Below are positions 13,501 to 26,547 of a DNA stretch of 64,000 nucleotides, in pieces. Source of the stretch: Octopus vulgaris (taxonomy: Eukaryota); contig OX597819.1 of NCBI GenBank assembly GCA_951406725.2, forward strand, positions 95,666,001 to 95,730,000, in the 5' to 3' direction. Below the pieces are notes generated by a model. The model saw only the letters and a list, made by a program, of their open reading frames with translations, searched no databases and was not told the DNA's origin. Every line of letters begins with the position of its first letter. The stretch's first letter is position 1. Made by a program: the position numbers and the translations under genes.

Positions 13501-14132
13501 TGATTCTTAAAGTAGTGGTGAGTAGTGGAAAATATTATATAGGAACAAAGGAAATAGTAAGAAGAGAGGTAATAAATGCATCTGTACAGTTTTTCTTTTG
13601 TCTCCTATTTAATTATTAACTTTCAAATAAATTTTATGATATGAATATCAGGAAACCAGTCAGCCAGCTTCCTGATCATCTATTAATCATGAAACACACT
13701 CAAGCCAGACAGATTTTTATTTTTACCTGGAAATGAGATAGACAGATAGTTGTACCTCCCAAATGAAGAAAATATCGTCCAACATATTTGTGATTTCAAA
13801 AATATGGCCTAGGTAACTAAAGGTTTTTCTATCAGATGCATGTGTTGTGTAACCTTTCTCAGCTTTTTATTTTAGACTTTTCAAATTGGAGTTAAGTTGC
13901 CATTCTGAATTTCTAACACGGTTTTTCATTAGTTATTGAGAAGCTACCTCAATCATAGAATTATGAACTGCTTTGCATACCTTGTTTAAATGCTGAAAAT
14001 TCCTTTCAATATATTTAATTAGATTTTTTTTCTTAAACATGGTTATCTGTTCCCTAGAGTATTTTATCTTACAGAATTAAACTAAAAATACTCAAGGCAA
14101 ATATGATTTTATATAAATACTTCAAGATGATT

Positions 14133-14510
14133 TGGCTGTGTGGTTAAGAAGCTTGCTTCCCAAACATGTGATCTTGGGTTTAGTCCCACTGCACAGCACC
14201 TTGAGCATTAGTCTTCTACTATAACCCTGGGCTGACCAAAGCCTTGCGAGTAGATCTGGTAGATAGAAGTTGAAAAAAGCCCATCATGTGTGTGTGTGTA
14301 CACACACACACACATACGTCTGTGTGTGTAATATCTTTGTATTTGTGTGCTGGTTCATTTATGTCCCCTTAACTCAGTAGTTCAGCAAAAGGGACCAATA
14401 AAAAAAGTACCACACTTTCAAAATTAAGTCCTAGGGTCAGTTTACTTGACTAAACTCTTTAAGGCGGTGCCCCAGCATGGCTGCAGTCCAGTGACTGAAT
14501 CAAGTAAAAG
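14133..14510 (+). mobile_element. SINE family A
   Basis: TGGCTGTGTGGTTAAGAAGCTTGCTTCCCAA head and GGTGCCCCAGCATGGCTGCAG...GACTGAATCAAGTAAAAG tail. Confidence 0.9.
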
Positions 14511-14559
14511 CTAAAGGGTAAATGTGCACATGATAGAATAGTTCTGTTGGCCTTAAGCA

Positions 14560-15135
14560 AAACTTGTATGTCATTATTTTCAGAGACCTCTGAGCATTTG
14601 AAGTAATTTATTTCACATGTGGTCTTACTGTTAACTACTTTTGTGTGTCTGCTGTACATGTATTTTACTTTCCCTGTCAGCTTGCTTGTGATCTCACTTT
14701 AGTTTGTGTATCAATAGTTTTTTGCTGGGTTCACTCTGTGGAATTCCTCTCTAATTTTCTGCTTGTGAATTTCAGCCACTTCTAAAACTTTAGTCATTGT
14801 TAGGTTTACTTTTTGGCTCTCAGTTATAAATTTTGTTTCCAAGTTCGGAATTTCCTCTCTATATCTTTGATCAACTCAGCTATGATAACTAAATCATCAC
14901 TATACAAGAGTCCCCAAAAGCAGCTGTTCTCAGACTACTTTGTTATGGCCTGGTGGGCCTATAAGCAAAAGTAGGCTGAGAACAGAGTATGCTAAATCCA
15001 ACACTGAACTCTGCTTAATCTTACCTTGCTAACAGCACCACTGGACATAGATTGCATGCAATCACTGGATTACAGAGAATGGAAACCTGTCAAGTGCCTT
15101 CTTCAGGTTATCAAATGCTAGATAGAGTATCTTAG
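14560..15135 (-). mobile_element. Degenerate RTE RT fragment
   Basis: Minus strand has CTGCTTTTGGGGACTCTTGTATAGTGATGATTTAG (W.LLY.DDL) and AACCTAACAATGACTAAAGTTTTA (NL..TKVL). Confidence 0.65.
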
Positions 15136-15200
15136 TCCAAAAAAGCTCTATAATTAATATAAATTTTATAAGAGTTTAATTATAGTTACAAAGCAGAATA

Positions 15201-17434
15201 CAGTGGTGCCTTGACTTATGAGTTTAATTCATTCCGTAATGGAGCTCGTAACTCAAATTACTCGTACATCAAATCAAATTTCCCGATTGAAATGAATTGA
15301 AATGCCATTTACCTTAAAGATCAAATGACTTGAGGATGTTGATGGTGGTGGAGGAGAAAGGCTCAACTGAATAACAGAATTTTATTTGCTGATTTTTACC
15401 CTTTTCTCCATGCTTTCCTCACTTTCATCTGCAGGAATTCTCAATAAAAACCTGTCCAATAAGGTCTGTTTCATCCTCATTTTCAGAATAACTTCTGAAA
15501 TGAGTTAAGCAAGTGTCATTAAATAGCACCGTCACTCACCCAGTTGTAACTTCTCTGGGTGTTTCTTTTGAATAAAGTCTGAAAGTTTCTCTCACATTCC
15601 CAACATTTCCTTTATTGCACTTGTAGAGATAACCTTTGTCTCCTCTGCATCACCTATTCCTGCAAAACTTCTGTATGCTGCTGCATCTGTAGCTCCTTTA
15701 GCTCTTCCATTGTCAGTTCCTTGGCGTGCTCCTTGATGAGCTAATTGATGTTATCTTCATCTACATCCAGGCCCATGGACTTGCCAAGGGATGCAATCTC
15801 CTTCACCACTTCCGCTTCAGGTTCAAGTGTTACAAAGCCTGTTTCTGACACAACCTCAGGCCACAGCTTCTTCCACGCAGAGGTCAAGCTCCTTTTTGTA
15901 ACACCCTGCCAGGCCATATCGATAATTCTGAGGCATATCATGATATTATAGTAGTTCTTCCAGAACTCTCAAAGGGTGATGTTTGTGCTCTCTGTCACCT
16001 CAAAGCATCAGTGGAACAGGTGCTTGGTGAAGAGCTTCTTGAAATCAGAAACCTTCTGTTGGTCAATGGGCTACAGGAGAGGAATAGTGTTGGGTGGAAG
16101 GTAGAGAGCCTTTATAAACTTGAACCCTACGAGGATGTCATCTTCGAGGTTAGGTGGGTGAGCAGGTGCATTGTCTAAGATGAAAAGAGCTTGCAGGGTT
16201 AGGTTATTTTCCTGGAGATATTTCTTAACCTCAGGACCAAAGACCAAATTCACTCACTCCACAGAGAACTACCTGGTGATCCATGCCCTTGGATTAACCC
16301 ATCACTTGATGTGCAATTTTTCTTTTAGAATTTTATGTGACTTAAAGGCTTAGTCTTAGTCACTGCTCAAACTGGCGCACAGTGCAAGGGTCAGCCTATC
16401 TTTCATGGGTTTGTGGCCTGGCATCCTCTTCTCCATTGCCGTTATATAAGTCCTCCATGGCATCTTCTTCCAAAAAAGCCCTGTCTCATCACATTTGAAG
16501 ACTTACTGGGGGATGTATCCTTTGGCTGCTATAATTCTGGCAAAAGTTTTGAGGTGATCCTCAGCTGCTTTCATATCTGCTCTCACTGCCTAACTGGTCT
16601 TTTTTTTTAATTCTCAAAACAGCCCCAACTAGCTTTAAACAGCTTGCCCAATGCCTCATCTGTACAAGTTTCTGGGATCTGCTGCAGCAAATCAGTGTAA
16701 ATAGCTCATGCATTCTCGCAGATTATAACCTCCATTATAGTATCTCCTGCAAGCTTCTCCGTCAACCACATCATCAGCAGCTTCTGCATATTTTCATAGA
16801 TAGATGTCTGTTGTTTAGAAATTATTTTAATGCCCTTGGCTGGTGTTATTGCCTTTATCAACTCCTGCTTCAGTATGGTGCAGATCATAGAAGTGCTACA
16901 CTCATACTGCTTCATCATATTGGCTACATGCACACCTTGGTCATGTTTTTCGGTAATTTCTTTCTTTAATTCAATGCCCATCATCTGCTTCTTCTTCTCA
17001 GCCCTGTCCTTTGCACTTTCTTTGGAAGTTTTGCAAAATAACTACAAGCACAATTGCGAGCACAACATTGATACTTCTGTAGCCTGCAACGATTAAGTAA
17101 GCATTTTAACACTAGTCTAGCTAATGACCCACTAAGGATCTTCACACATGCTAATGTGCACGTTTTTCTAGCTATCAATCTACTAGTGGTCTTTGCACTT
17201 GCTAATTTGAATATCTGTCTAGCTGTCAAGTGAGGCACAGGATGCTGGGTGGATGTTAAAACATTCATTGTGACATTCGTTATGTCAATTAGTGGTGGGG
17301 TATCTGAACCTGGCTCATAACCTGAATTTTAGCTCACAACTCAAAGCAAAAAATAAGCTGAGAGATGGCTTGTATCTCGAAAAACTCATTAGTTGGGACA
17401 CTCGTAAGACCACTCATAAGACACGATACCACTG
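15201..17434 (-). mobile_element. Full-length but inactivated Tigger/pogo DNA transposon
   Basis: TIRs CAGTGGTGCCTTGACTTATGAGT and ACTCATAAGACACGATACCACTG with TA on both sides. Fragmented transposase with HTH region (IELKKEI...STSMICTILKQ), LFILDNAPAHP, YLPPNT, AWQGVTKRSLTSAWKKLWP. Confidence 0.93.
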
Positions 17435-17459
17435 TACTTAGAAACAAAAAGACAGCTTG

Positions 17460-17521
17460 CAACAGGTGGGTATAAATAATATGAAGGTATAAACCTTCAT
17501 ATTATTTATACCCACCTGTTG
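17460..17521. repeat. Perfect 29-bp-arm palindrome with 4-nt loop
   Basis: CAACAGGTGGGTATAAATAATATGAAGGT-ataa-ACCTTCATATTATTTATACCCACCTGTTG. Confidence 0.95.
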
Positions 17522-18852
17522 TTGAATTATATAATAGATGTTTAATGTGTAACATTTTAAATGTTTAGTGAGATAAGGTAACTTTAGTAAGGTAGAAACT
17601 TCCTGCCTATGATTTTGTGAGAGAAATAAAATTGTTGGAAATTAAAGATAGTACACTCAGGAATAAAGATGTTGTAAGTTGTCATGACTGTGATAAAGCA
17701 GGTAATATTTAAATAATTGTTTGGGTTTGTAGTAAATGTATGAAATCATGTATATCTGCTTGTTAAATAAGTAGTGAAATAAAAAGTTTTTTCTAAGAAG
17801 AAAAACGATTTCAAAATAACCCGCATTTATTGTGTCAACCTTGTGCATCCCTCAATTTAGTTGTTTAAACAAAGCAACTGATATGGGAGATGTTTATTGG
17901 TTCAAGCAAAAGACTTGAGAAAATAATGTTCTTTGAGAAAGGTTCCAGGAATAAGGAGTAGAAACAATTTTTAGAAAAATAACAGAATGTAGATAAATGA
18001 TGGTTAAGAGTAAAACAGAAGCTATTCTGCAAGTCTATGAATAGCAACAAACAAAACAGATGCACCATTCGTATTTCATTTTACATTTTCTGTTTAAAAT
18101 TACAATTTTTCAAAAATACCATCCACAAACATCTGTCTTGCTTCCACCCTGTACAGCTGCTCCGTTATAAAGGTTTCCTTTATCTGCATCTTTTGATTGT
18201 CTTATCAAAATAGACACATTAAGCCAACTCTTAATTTTGTCAGCTGGTTTGTTATATGTTCACTTCTCAAGGTCTTTATTCATTTATCATTCAAATTAAC
18301 AGGAAATTTAAAAAAAAAAAAAATTACATGATTATTGATTCAAATAAATGTTGTTAATTCACAAAATTTCTATTCATTCATACTTTTTTTCTGTCTGAAT
18401 TTAAAATTTGTGGGCAGTTATGTTTATTTTTAGTGCTCTGTGCTTCATTTGTTTATTAATAATTTATTGTATGTCAAAGTATGTAAACAATAGCTTTATT
18501 AGTTAAAGGTTCATAATGGATCAATGGTTTGCATTTTTGATAGCAAGAATGATAAAAGAATGTCTAATTTGATTACAGAAAAATGGCTCATTGACCTTGT
18601 TTATAAAACATTGATATTTAGGTTACTTGACAAATATATATCCTTTACTAAAATATATCAGTGAAAATGTGTAAGTGTATATGCACATACACACACATGC
18701 AACAAATTTTTGCTTGCAAATTTATTGCTCAATCCAAGACCATGATTGAAAACATTGGGTTAGACAGGAAGTTAATTGATGCAAGATTGTACACTGGAAT
18801 GAATGAATGCTCTTCCTGTTGTCAACCATTAACAAAAAACCAGGACATTTCG

Positions 18853-19057
18853 TAAACAAATGACATCTACAGACAACCAACCAGAGTGCTGGGCTACTAT
18901 TGTACAAAAACAAGTTGATAATCAAATGACATCACCAGGCAGTTAACCAACTAGAATACTGGACTAACAATAATGTGACCAGAACATATGATAAACAAAT
19001 GACTTGCCCAGATAGCCCACCAGAATGCTAGGTCACAGGCAGACAAAAACAAGCGAT
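18853..19057 (+). repeat. Three degenerate ~66-72 bp tandem units
   Basis: CAAATGAC...CAACCAGARTRCTGG-like unit recurs at ~18857, ~18923 and ~18996. Confidence 0.6.
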
Positions 19058-19499
19058 GTCTTTAGCCAATTAGGATTTAAACCTGTCTTAGTATCAATAT
19101 ATACAAAGCGATATCAGCTTGAAAAATAGTTCAAGTTTCATGTTTGAACAAATAAAGCAAATAACAAACAATTCACCTTCATACAATATGACAGAACTTG
19201 TAAAAAAATTGTTTCTTGTACATTAAAGTCTTCATGTCTAATTTATTACTATGAAACCTATAGAGCATTTAATTTTGAGCAAATGTTATCCTTTGAAACT
19301 TTTTCTTGTGCATTCACTTTCTTTTAGATCTTCATCTCAGTTTTATTTACCATTGAAAAATAAAATAAGTTATTGAAACTGAAATGGCATTTTACTAGAT
19401 TAAAATATTTCTTTAAAACTACATTTCATTTTCAGACCCATGTGTATTTTCACCTCCAAATCAATTTTCCTATTATCTTACTTGTGTGTAAGATAACTT

Positions 19500-19544
<45 letters not shown>

Positions 19545-19570
19545 ATAAGAGTAGATCGTATACGAGTGGG

Positions 19571-19708
19571 TATATATTTGTAAAAAAGTTTGAAAACGCC
19601 ACTATATTAGATAAATTTTAATTTTCTTATGAATTTGCCTCGGTCGAGGCAAATTCATAAGAAAATTAAAATTTATCTAATATAGTGGCGTTTTCAAACT
19701 TCTTTTTT

Positions 19709-19718
<10 letters not shown>
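19571..19718. repeat. Long palindrome (57-bp perfect arms, 2-nt loop) between (TA)n tracts
   Basis: 19586-19642 is the exact reverse complement of 19645-19701; pairing extends further past a small indel. Confidence 0.95.
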
Positions 19719-19764
<46 letters not shown>

Positions 19765-21684
19765 CAAAGCATTATAAATATTATATGTATATTGTAAAGC
19801 ATTAGTTGCCCTTAATCAAAGTGCCATGCAATAAAACTGAATGTGAAACGACATGATTTTGAAGTGAACTTCCCTATAACCATGTCTGATATTTTTGAAA
19901 TATTAAAAAGGAGTCAAATGTCAAATTGACATCCAATTCATTTTCTGAGCATCAAGTTTTAAAACATGCTCAGTATGTCTAACACTTATCACTTCTGCAA
20001 AATCTCTTTGAGTAAATTTGAAAATTTACTGCAAGTATGCAAAATGTAAAAATGAGAAGCTTTAAAAAAGTATCAACTTGTGGCCTAATTTAATCATTTC
20101 GTTAGGTAATATGTAATGTTAAATCTATAATAATGAAAACTGTTGGTATTTTGCAATTTGATACCATATTCTGTTCAATTGAAAAAATTTAAATACTTAT
20201 AAACTTTAATATTTGCAGTATTGCAATTAATTAATATTTGATAATTGTGAAATAGAACACTTAAAATTTAATTAGCATTTTTAGCTTGTGATCTGTAGAT
20301 GTTCTATTTTTAAGGAACTACTAATGAATTTTCTCCACTCATGTGTGCATGTTAGTAACTAAACTATTCATAAGGTTCATTAAAAAAGTTTGGGTTGTGA
20401 TGGATTTTTGACTCAGAAACTCAAAGCGTTAAGTGCTCCTAAATTTTATTTTTATGTTACTGGGAACTTCCATCATTCAACAAAGTAAAAATAATTGAAT
20501 AAGTCAAAAGCTTCCTGTGTTGCAACAAAGCTTTAGAATTCATCTTCTACTCATAAATATGAAACCTACAAATCTGAAACTGTTTCTGCTTGAAAACTTG
20601 ATTTTACTAAAGTAGATTAATAATTATACTAATCATGATAATTACTCCTAATTTCAACAGTTATTTTCAAAACTGAATGGGACTGACTACTATTTCCTTG
20701 ACATTCATACAACACAGTGACAGAAATGCTCCCAAAGCAATGCCTTTTTTTCTTAAGAAAGATAATTAAAAAGTTTGAGTTCTATTGAGGAATTACATCC
20801 AGTTTCTGATCAATTTGGTACATTTCTAAAAGTAATTTATTTTTGTGTCTTATTTACTAGGTACTTTAAGTCAGTCTTGTTCCTTGCCATGGAGACAGTT
20901 TAATATTTATGATCAGATGTAAATTCATACCTCCTCTGCTACTCTTCCTTAAATCCAGAGCTTAAAAATTGTACATATGTTTGACATATCTTGGGCAACA
21001 TAAATAAAATGTGCCTTTAACAATCATTTAATGAACACAAAGACAGAGTTAATTATTTGTGGACTTTTCACTCTGTGTGTTTGTTAACTTCATAAATATT
21101 AACTATCCTTACTTTTAATAAAGACAAAATTATAGCACCAAACTTAATATTTTTTACTCCTCTTAGCACAGTAAAATTAATACATTCATTTTCAATACAC
21201 ATACATATAATTACTCAACACAGAAAGTATCTATTTAAACTTGCACTTAAAATATTGAAATATAAGCAACAGTAAAACAGCTCTTAACAGGATTAGAATT
21301 TTCAGTACATTTTACTATTATGCTTGTTCATATGTATCAAATTAACTATAAACAATAAACTGTTTATTGAATTAAATTATCTTGATCAACATTGCAGTTG
21401 CAGCATATATGTATGTGTGTGTGTGTACATGCATGCATATATATACATGTATGTATGTATACATATATTTATATTTGCACTAGAAAAGTTCTTACAGTAT
21501 CGCAATTAAGTAATATTTTACAATTTTCTGCATATATGTATACATCTATGTATATGTACACATATGTCTTCTGGCAATGTTCTTCTGTCTTATAAGGGTA
21601 AATACCCAATCTTTCTCTGCTGTTCTTACAGCTTTACTGCATTCAAAATTTACTTTCATGTCTGCAATATATATATATATATAT

Positions 21685-21950
21685 ATCATCATCATTTAAC
21701 GTCCGCTTTCCATGCTAGCATGGCTTGGACGATTTGACTGAGGTCTGGCGAACCAGACTCCAATCTGATCTGGCAGAGTTTCTACAGCTGGATGCCCTTC
21801 CTAATGCCAACCACACTGAGAGTGTAGTGGGTGCTTTTACGTGCCACCGGCACGAGGGCCAGTTTGATGGTACTGGCAACGGCCATGCCCAAATGGTGCT
21901 TTTTACGTGCCACCTGCACAGGAGCCAGTCCAGCAACACTGGCAACGACC
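21685..21950 (-). mobile_element. 5'-truncated RTE 3' end with two repeat units and (ATG)n tail, inserted in (TA)n
   Basis: Reverse complement closely matches 45830-46050, including GGTGGCACGTAAAAGCACC units. Confidence 0.9.
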
Positions 21951-22047
21951 TATATATATATATATATATATACACATAAACGTGTGTGTGTGTGTGTGTG
22001 TGTATAAACATGTAATAAATATATATACATAGGTAGATATATATATA

Positions 22048-22658
22048 TGAGGTCTAATCAATAAGTATCCGGACTGTCGCCATAGTAACAAAACTAAAGC
22101 ATGCAGAGTGAAGCCACTTGGTAAAGATTGACCTTGAATTCGGCTGTGCATGTGCACTAAAATTTAAGTCACTAGCTCACTTCCTCAGTTTATAGCAGTG
22201 CTTGGAAGGAAAGTGTGTAGCATGTGATTGGCGCATTGAACATGACATAGAAAGTTGTCATGGCGACACCTGCTCAGAGGCCTATGCAAGGTTGCAGAAA
22301 GTGTATGGAGAGGAGTGTATGGGCCTCACACAAGTGTACGAGTGGTTCAGGCATTTCCATGATGGCTGAAAGAATTTCGATATTGACAAACGTTCTGGGA
22401 GACCTGCAACCAGCAGAAATAAGTAAAACATTGCAGATGTGTGTGCAGCTGTGAGAGGAAATCATTGAATCATCATCCGTGAGCTATCAAAGGATGTGCA
22501 GATTAGTTACAGTTCAGTTCATTATCAGTCAAGATTTGGGTATGAAATGCATGTCTGTCAAGTTTGTGCCAAAACTGCTTTCAGCTGACCAAAAAGATAC
22601 ACAGGTTTCAGTGGCATAAGATCTCTTTGATTGTGTTGAGAATGAGGAAGACTATTTG
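22048..22658 (+). mobile_element. Mariner transposon 5' half (TIR plus N-terminal transposase remnant)
   Basis: TA|TGAGGTCTAATCAATAAGTATCCGGACT end; reading across stops gives LQKVYGEECMGLTQVYEWFRHF, DKRSGRPATS and KFVPKLLSADQK (WVPHEL-equivalent). Confidence 0.85.
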
Positions 22659-23290
22659 AATGCCAATGACATATCTAAGATGTGGGCTGGATGATGAAAC
22701 CATCCAGCACGTCCTTGCACATTGCCGGGAGCTGTCAGGCATGATGATTTACGTTGAACATGTGTTGTTGCATTTAGGAAGAGTACAGCTATCGGCTAAA
22801 TCTATAATAAAGATTGTACCACCCACTGAACTCTCAAAGGAAGGTGAGGTATGTTTTTTCTGTACAGTTGCTATGCTGAAAGAATGTGTGTAGAAGACTA
22901 GAATGCAAGGACTTGTGACGGGATCCTTCATCTCTGGCCCTGGTTTGCTACAATTCTTCAGGTATCATCTGAAGAGCAAGATAGGGCTGGAGAAGAGGAT
23001 CCTGTCGCAAAGTGTGTTTGAGGAAAGATGAAAGGCTGTGTTAAGAAAGGTGGGTGCAAGTAACCCTACTTAATCTGAATTGGAAAAAAAAAGGAAAGGG
23101 GTAGTCGCTGGGCCTTTGAGGCAACCGGGCATAATCCCCTCCCCAAAAGAAAAAAGACTATAAATTAAATCTAATTATTTCATTAAAATTTTAAAAAACA
23201 CAAATATCATTCGAACTCATAACTTTTTGTTTTGTTTATATTGTCCTGTATTGGACCATCTGTGTATGACATTTATTGTCCTAATAAAAA
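22659..23290 (+). mobile_element. L1/Tx1-clade LINE 3' end (ORF2 zinc-knuckle remnant, 3' UTR, AATAAAAAA)
   Basis: YLRCGLDDETIQHVLAHC resembles the CxxCx7ETxxH.F..C knuckle; T-rich UTR ends in a polyA signal at ~23283. Confidence 0.65.
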
Positions 23291-23783
23291 ATTCAGCTAG
23301 CAAACCACACAGTTAGTCACTTTGGTGTTGAGTCGTTTGATTCCCTGTTGTAATTTGCTGTTAGTCGCTTCATGTAAGTCACTTGTTGTTTAATTGTTGA
23401 AGGTCTCTCGCACCTAATTGTTGAATTATTTTTAGTTACCTGTTATTTTTTGTTGTTTTCTTCCCCATTTATGGGTAAAGTTGTTGCTAGCAAAGTATTG
23501 GAGAGTCGACCAGTTCCAGCAGGCAGTTACGCTGCAGTAACTGGAAAAAGTCTGACTGCGGATATTTTACAAGTAAGAGAGATACAACTGGATGAGACGA
23601 ATTTCAAGAAATTAAACGAACTGATAGAAAAGGAAGAAGACAGCCTGAGGCTGACCCTGCCCAAGGAAGTAATTGAGAAGACAGAGAAAAGGACAGTGAT
23701 CTATAGAACGCTATCTATAGCTACCAAAAGGATTGAAATAGTAACAGCGGAGGCAGTGGAGGATTGTTTAAAAGAAATTAAAA
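23291..23783 (+). mobile_element. Probable Tx1-like LINE 5' UTR and ORF1 N-terminus (truncated)
   Basis: ATG at 23471 gives MGKVVASKVLESRPVPAGSYAAVTGK...; the SYAAV motif is typical of LINE ORF1/gag-like N-termini. Breaks abruptly into CT-rich sequence. Confidence 0.5.
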
Positions 23784-24045
23784 GCCTCTTTCTCTCTCTT
23801 ATACTTTTACCTCCTCTTCTCTCATTATTCTATCCTATTACTCTTTCATTTTTTCTTCTACCTCCCCTTCTCCCCCTCCTGTTTTTTCTCACTTATCCTT
23901 TCTCCAATTTTTTCCTCTCCCCTTCACAGTTCTCTGTCTGTCACTCTCTCTCCCTCACTCTTCCTCCCTTGCTCACATGGCTCCCATGTGAGCATCAACC
24001 ATCTTTCTTTTCCTAACTTGTGTTTCTTTCTTTTTCTCCACTGTA
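23784..24045. repeat. CT-rich low-complexity tract
   Basis: Strong polypyrimidine bias. Confidence 0.8.
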
Positions 24046-24424
24046 GCTGGATCAAGGAAGACATGTTCTTGTCTGTCTCCTGTCCAAGCTTGATTTATGC
24101 GTTCGCCACCACAACCTTGTTTAGGCTTAGCAGCCCTCCCTGTTTGTTTTCACTGTCCTGTTTGTGTTACCAATTTTGACCCGCCACAAAATCCCAAATT
24201 TTATTTAATTTGCTCTGCAGGAGCAAGTGTTTTATCGAAAGCGTTTATTGTTGTTAAAGGCTCGAAATACAAGAGTAGAAAAACAGCCAACAACAGATGA
24301 AGGGTCGTTCTTTGTGTTGTTTGTTTTGTTTTCCATTTGTGTCTTTCGTTCGAAAAAATTGTTCATATTCTATGTATACATACTTCATTTTTTTTTTGTT
24401 GCACACGTTTGTGATGTCCTGTAT

Positions 24425-24434
24425 CCACATATGC

Positions 24435-24465
<31 letters not shown>

Positions 24466-24581
24466 CATACATATAGATGTAAGTATGTACATATACGTAT
24501 GTATATATGCATATATATATTATTTATATTATTATATATATTTATATGTATATATGCATATGCACACATATATACAAATAC

Positions 24582-24620
<39 letters not shown>

Positions 24621-25237
24621 CACACACACGTACACTTTTACACGTATTATTACATCCATATAAGCATACACAAATATATTCATACAAGCAAAATACATAA
24701 ATATATATATATGCAACTAAAAATACACATAGATATACAAACCTACAAACAAACATATACATATACATATACACACATATACATATACACACATATACAT
24801 ATACACACACATATATATGTATACACACATACATACACATTAGTACACATACATATACATGCATATATGCACACACATACACACACACATATATACACAC
24901 GCACATATATGCACAAGCACATAAATATGCATAGTGACATATATGTAGCATCAGGTATTAATACAGACAACATATCCCATGTATACAAGTATATACATAT
25001 ATATATACAGAAATATATGTTTCCTTTTTTGGATTTGGATTATTCATATATACATATACATGCACACATATAAATGGATACGTACAAGTACAAATATACA
25101 CGCTTAATGGAATTTTCTAAACTCATATTTAGAATAGTGTTTACAAGATAGAACACTCTTGTGTCTTTCATGAAGCAATTTCTTCTTAGATGTTGATATC
25201 TGATACTTTTATATATATATATATATATAGATATACA

Positions 25238-25311
<74 letters not shown>

Positions 25312-25581
25312 CATACACACAAACTTTATAGAAAAACAAGACAAAGGTGTATGGATAACTAGCAGGTATTCTGCTTTAACTTCCCATTGTTTGGCCTTGC
25401 ATATCTCAACTACTTCCCAAACTTTTTGCACCTCTCTTTATCTACATACCAGCACTCCACCCAGATTACCACTGGATATAAGGACTCTACTTACATGGAT
25501 TTCACTGAAATTTTTTCATTTATATATGTGTATATCTATATCTATCTATCTACCTCTCTCTCTCTATATATATATATATGC

Positions 25582-25664
<83 letters not shown>

Positions 25665-25710
25665 TATATATATGTGCATATACATATATATGCATATACA
25701 TATATATACA

Positions 25711-25764
<54 letters not shown>

Positions 25765-25827
25765 CATATACATATATATGCATATACATATATATACATG
25801 CATATATATATATATATACACATATAC

Positions 25828-25878
<51 letters not shown>
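24425..25878. repeat. Compound (TA)n/(CA)n/(TACA)n/(GA)n microsatellite field
   Basis: Directly visible; the source of the IYIY/THTH pseudo-ORFs. Confidence 0.95.
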
Positions 25879-25879
<1 letters not shown>

Positions 25880-26266
25880 TAGCTGTATCGCCCGGCATTG
25901 CTCGGGTTTGTTTCGACCCGCTGGAATTGGAATTTTTGAAAAGTAAAAATTTTGCATTGTGTAGCTTGTTATTCTCTTCAAGTGAACATTTTTCTGGTTG
26001 AAATACACTGAAAAGTGGCGACACAGCAGTGAAAAAATCGTAAAAAATCAGGATTTTCATAGAAAAAAGCACCTTTTTCATGTAAATAATTTTTGGTGTT
26101 AACATGGTCCGATTTGAATTTTATCTTCTATGGAAGGAAGAGCAACCCTTCTATCATACTCTCAATTTTGGTCAACTTGCGCCGCAGGGTCTTGGAGGAG
26201 ATAGTGTTAGTTGAAGGCTACCAAACCTGGCACACGCAGACAACTTCAGCTTTATATAGAGAGAGA
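25879..26266 (-). mobile_element. Complete non-autonomous Helitron (~390 bp)
   Basis: Minus strand starts A|TCTCTCTCTATATAAAGCTG and ends with hairpin CCCGAGCAATGCCGGG then CTAG|T: canonical TC...CTRR ends in an AT target. Confidence 0.85.
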
Positions 26267-26547
26267 TAACACACACACATTAATACATATACATACACAC
26301 ACATGTATGTATGGATGTATGTATATATGTACATCTGTCCACTTCTTGCCATATTTTTATCCTTCACTTCCTACACACACACACAGACACACACACGCAC
26401 GCACACACACACACACACACACACCTTAGCTTACAATTTTCTTTCAACAATTGACACTGTCATATATGTATATGTTTGCGTGTCTATGTGTGTAAAGAGA
26501 AAGTGGGAAAAAGTGTGGTAATAGGCGGAGTAAAGCCTTTGAAGTGA

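Noticed and set aside
23450-24016. 188-aa ORF with hydrophobic C-terminus as a membrane protein gene
   Set aside because: Chimera of a truncated TE ORF1-like segment and a CT-rich low-complexity tract.
24227-26105. Many 100-200 aa ORFs (IYIY, THTH, VCVC)
   Set aside because: Translations of dinucleotide microsatellites.
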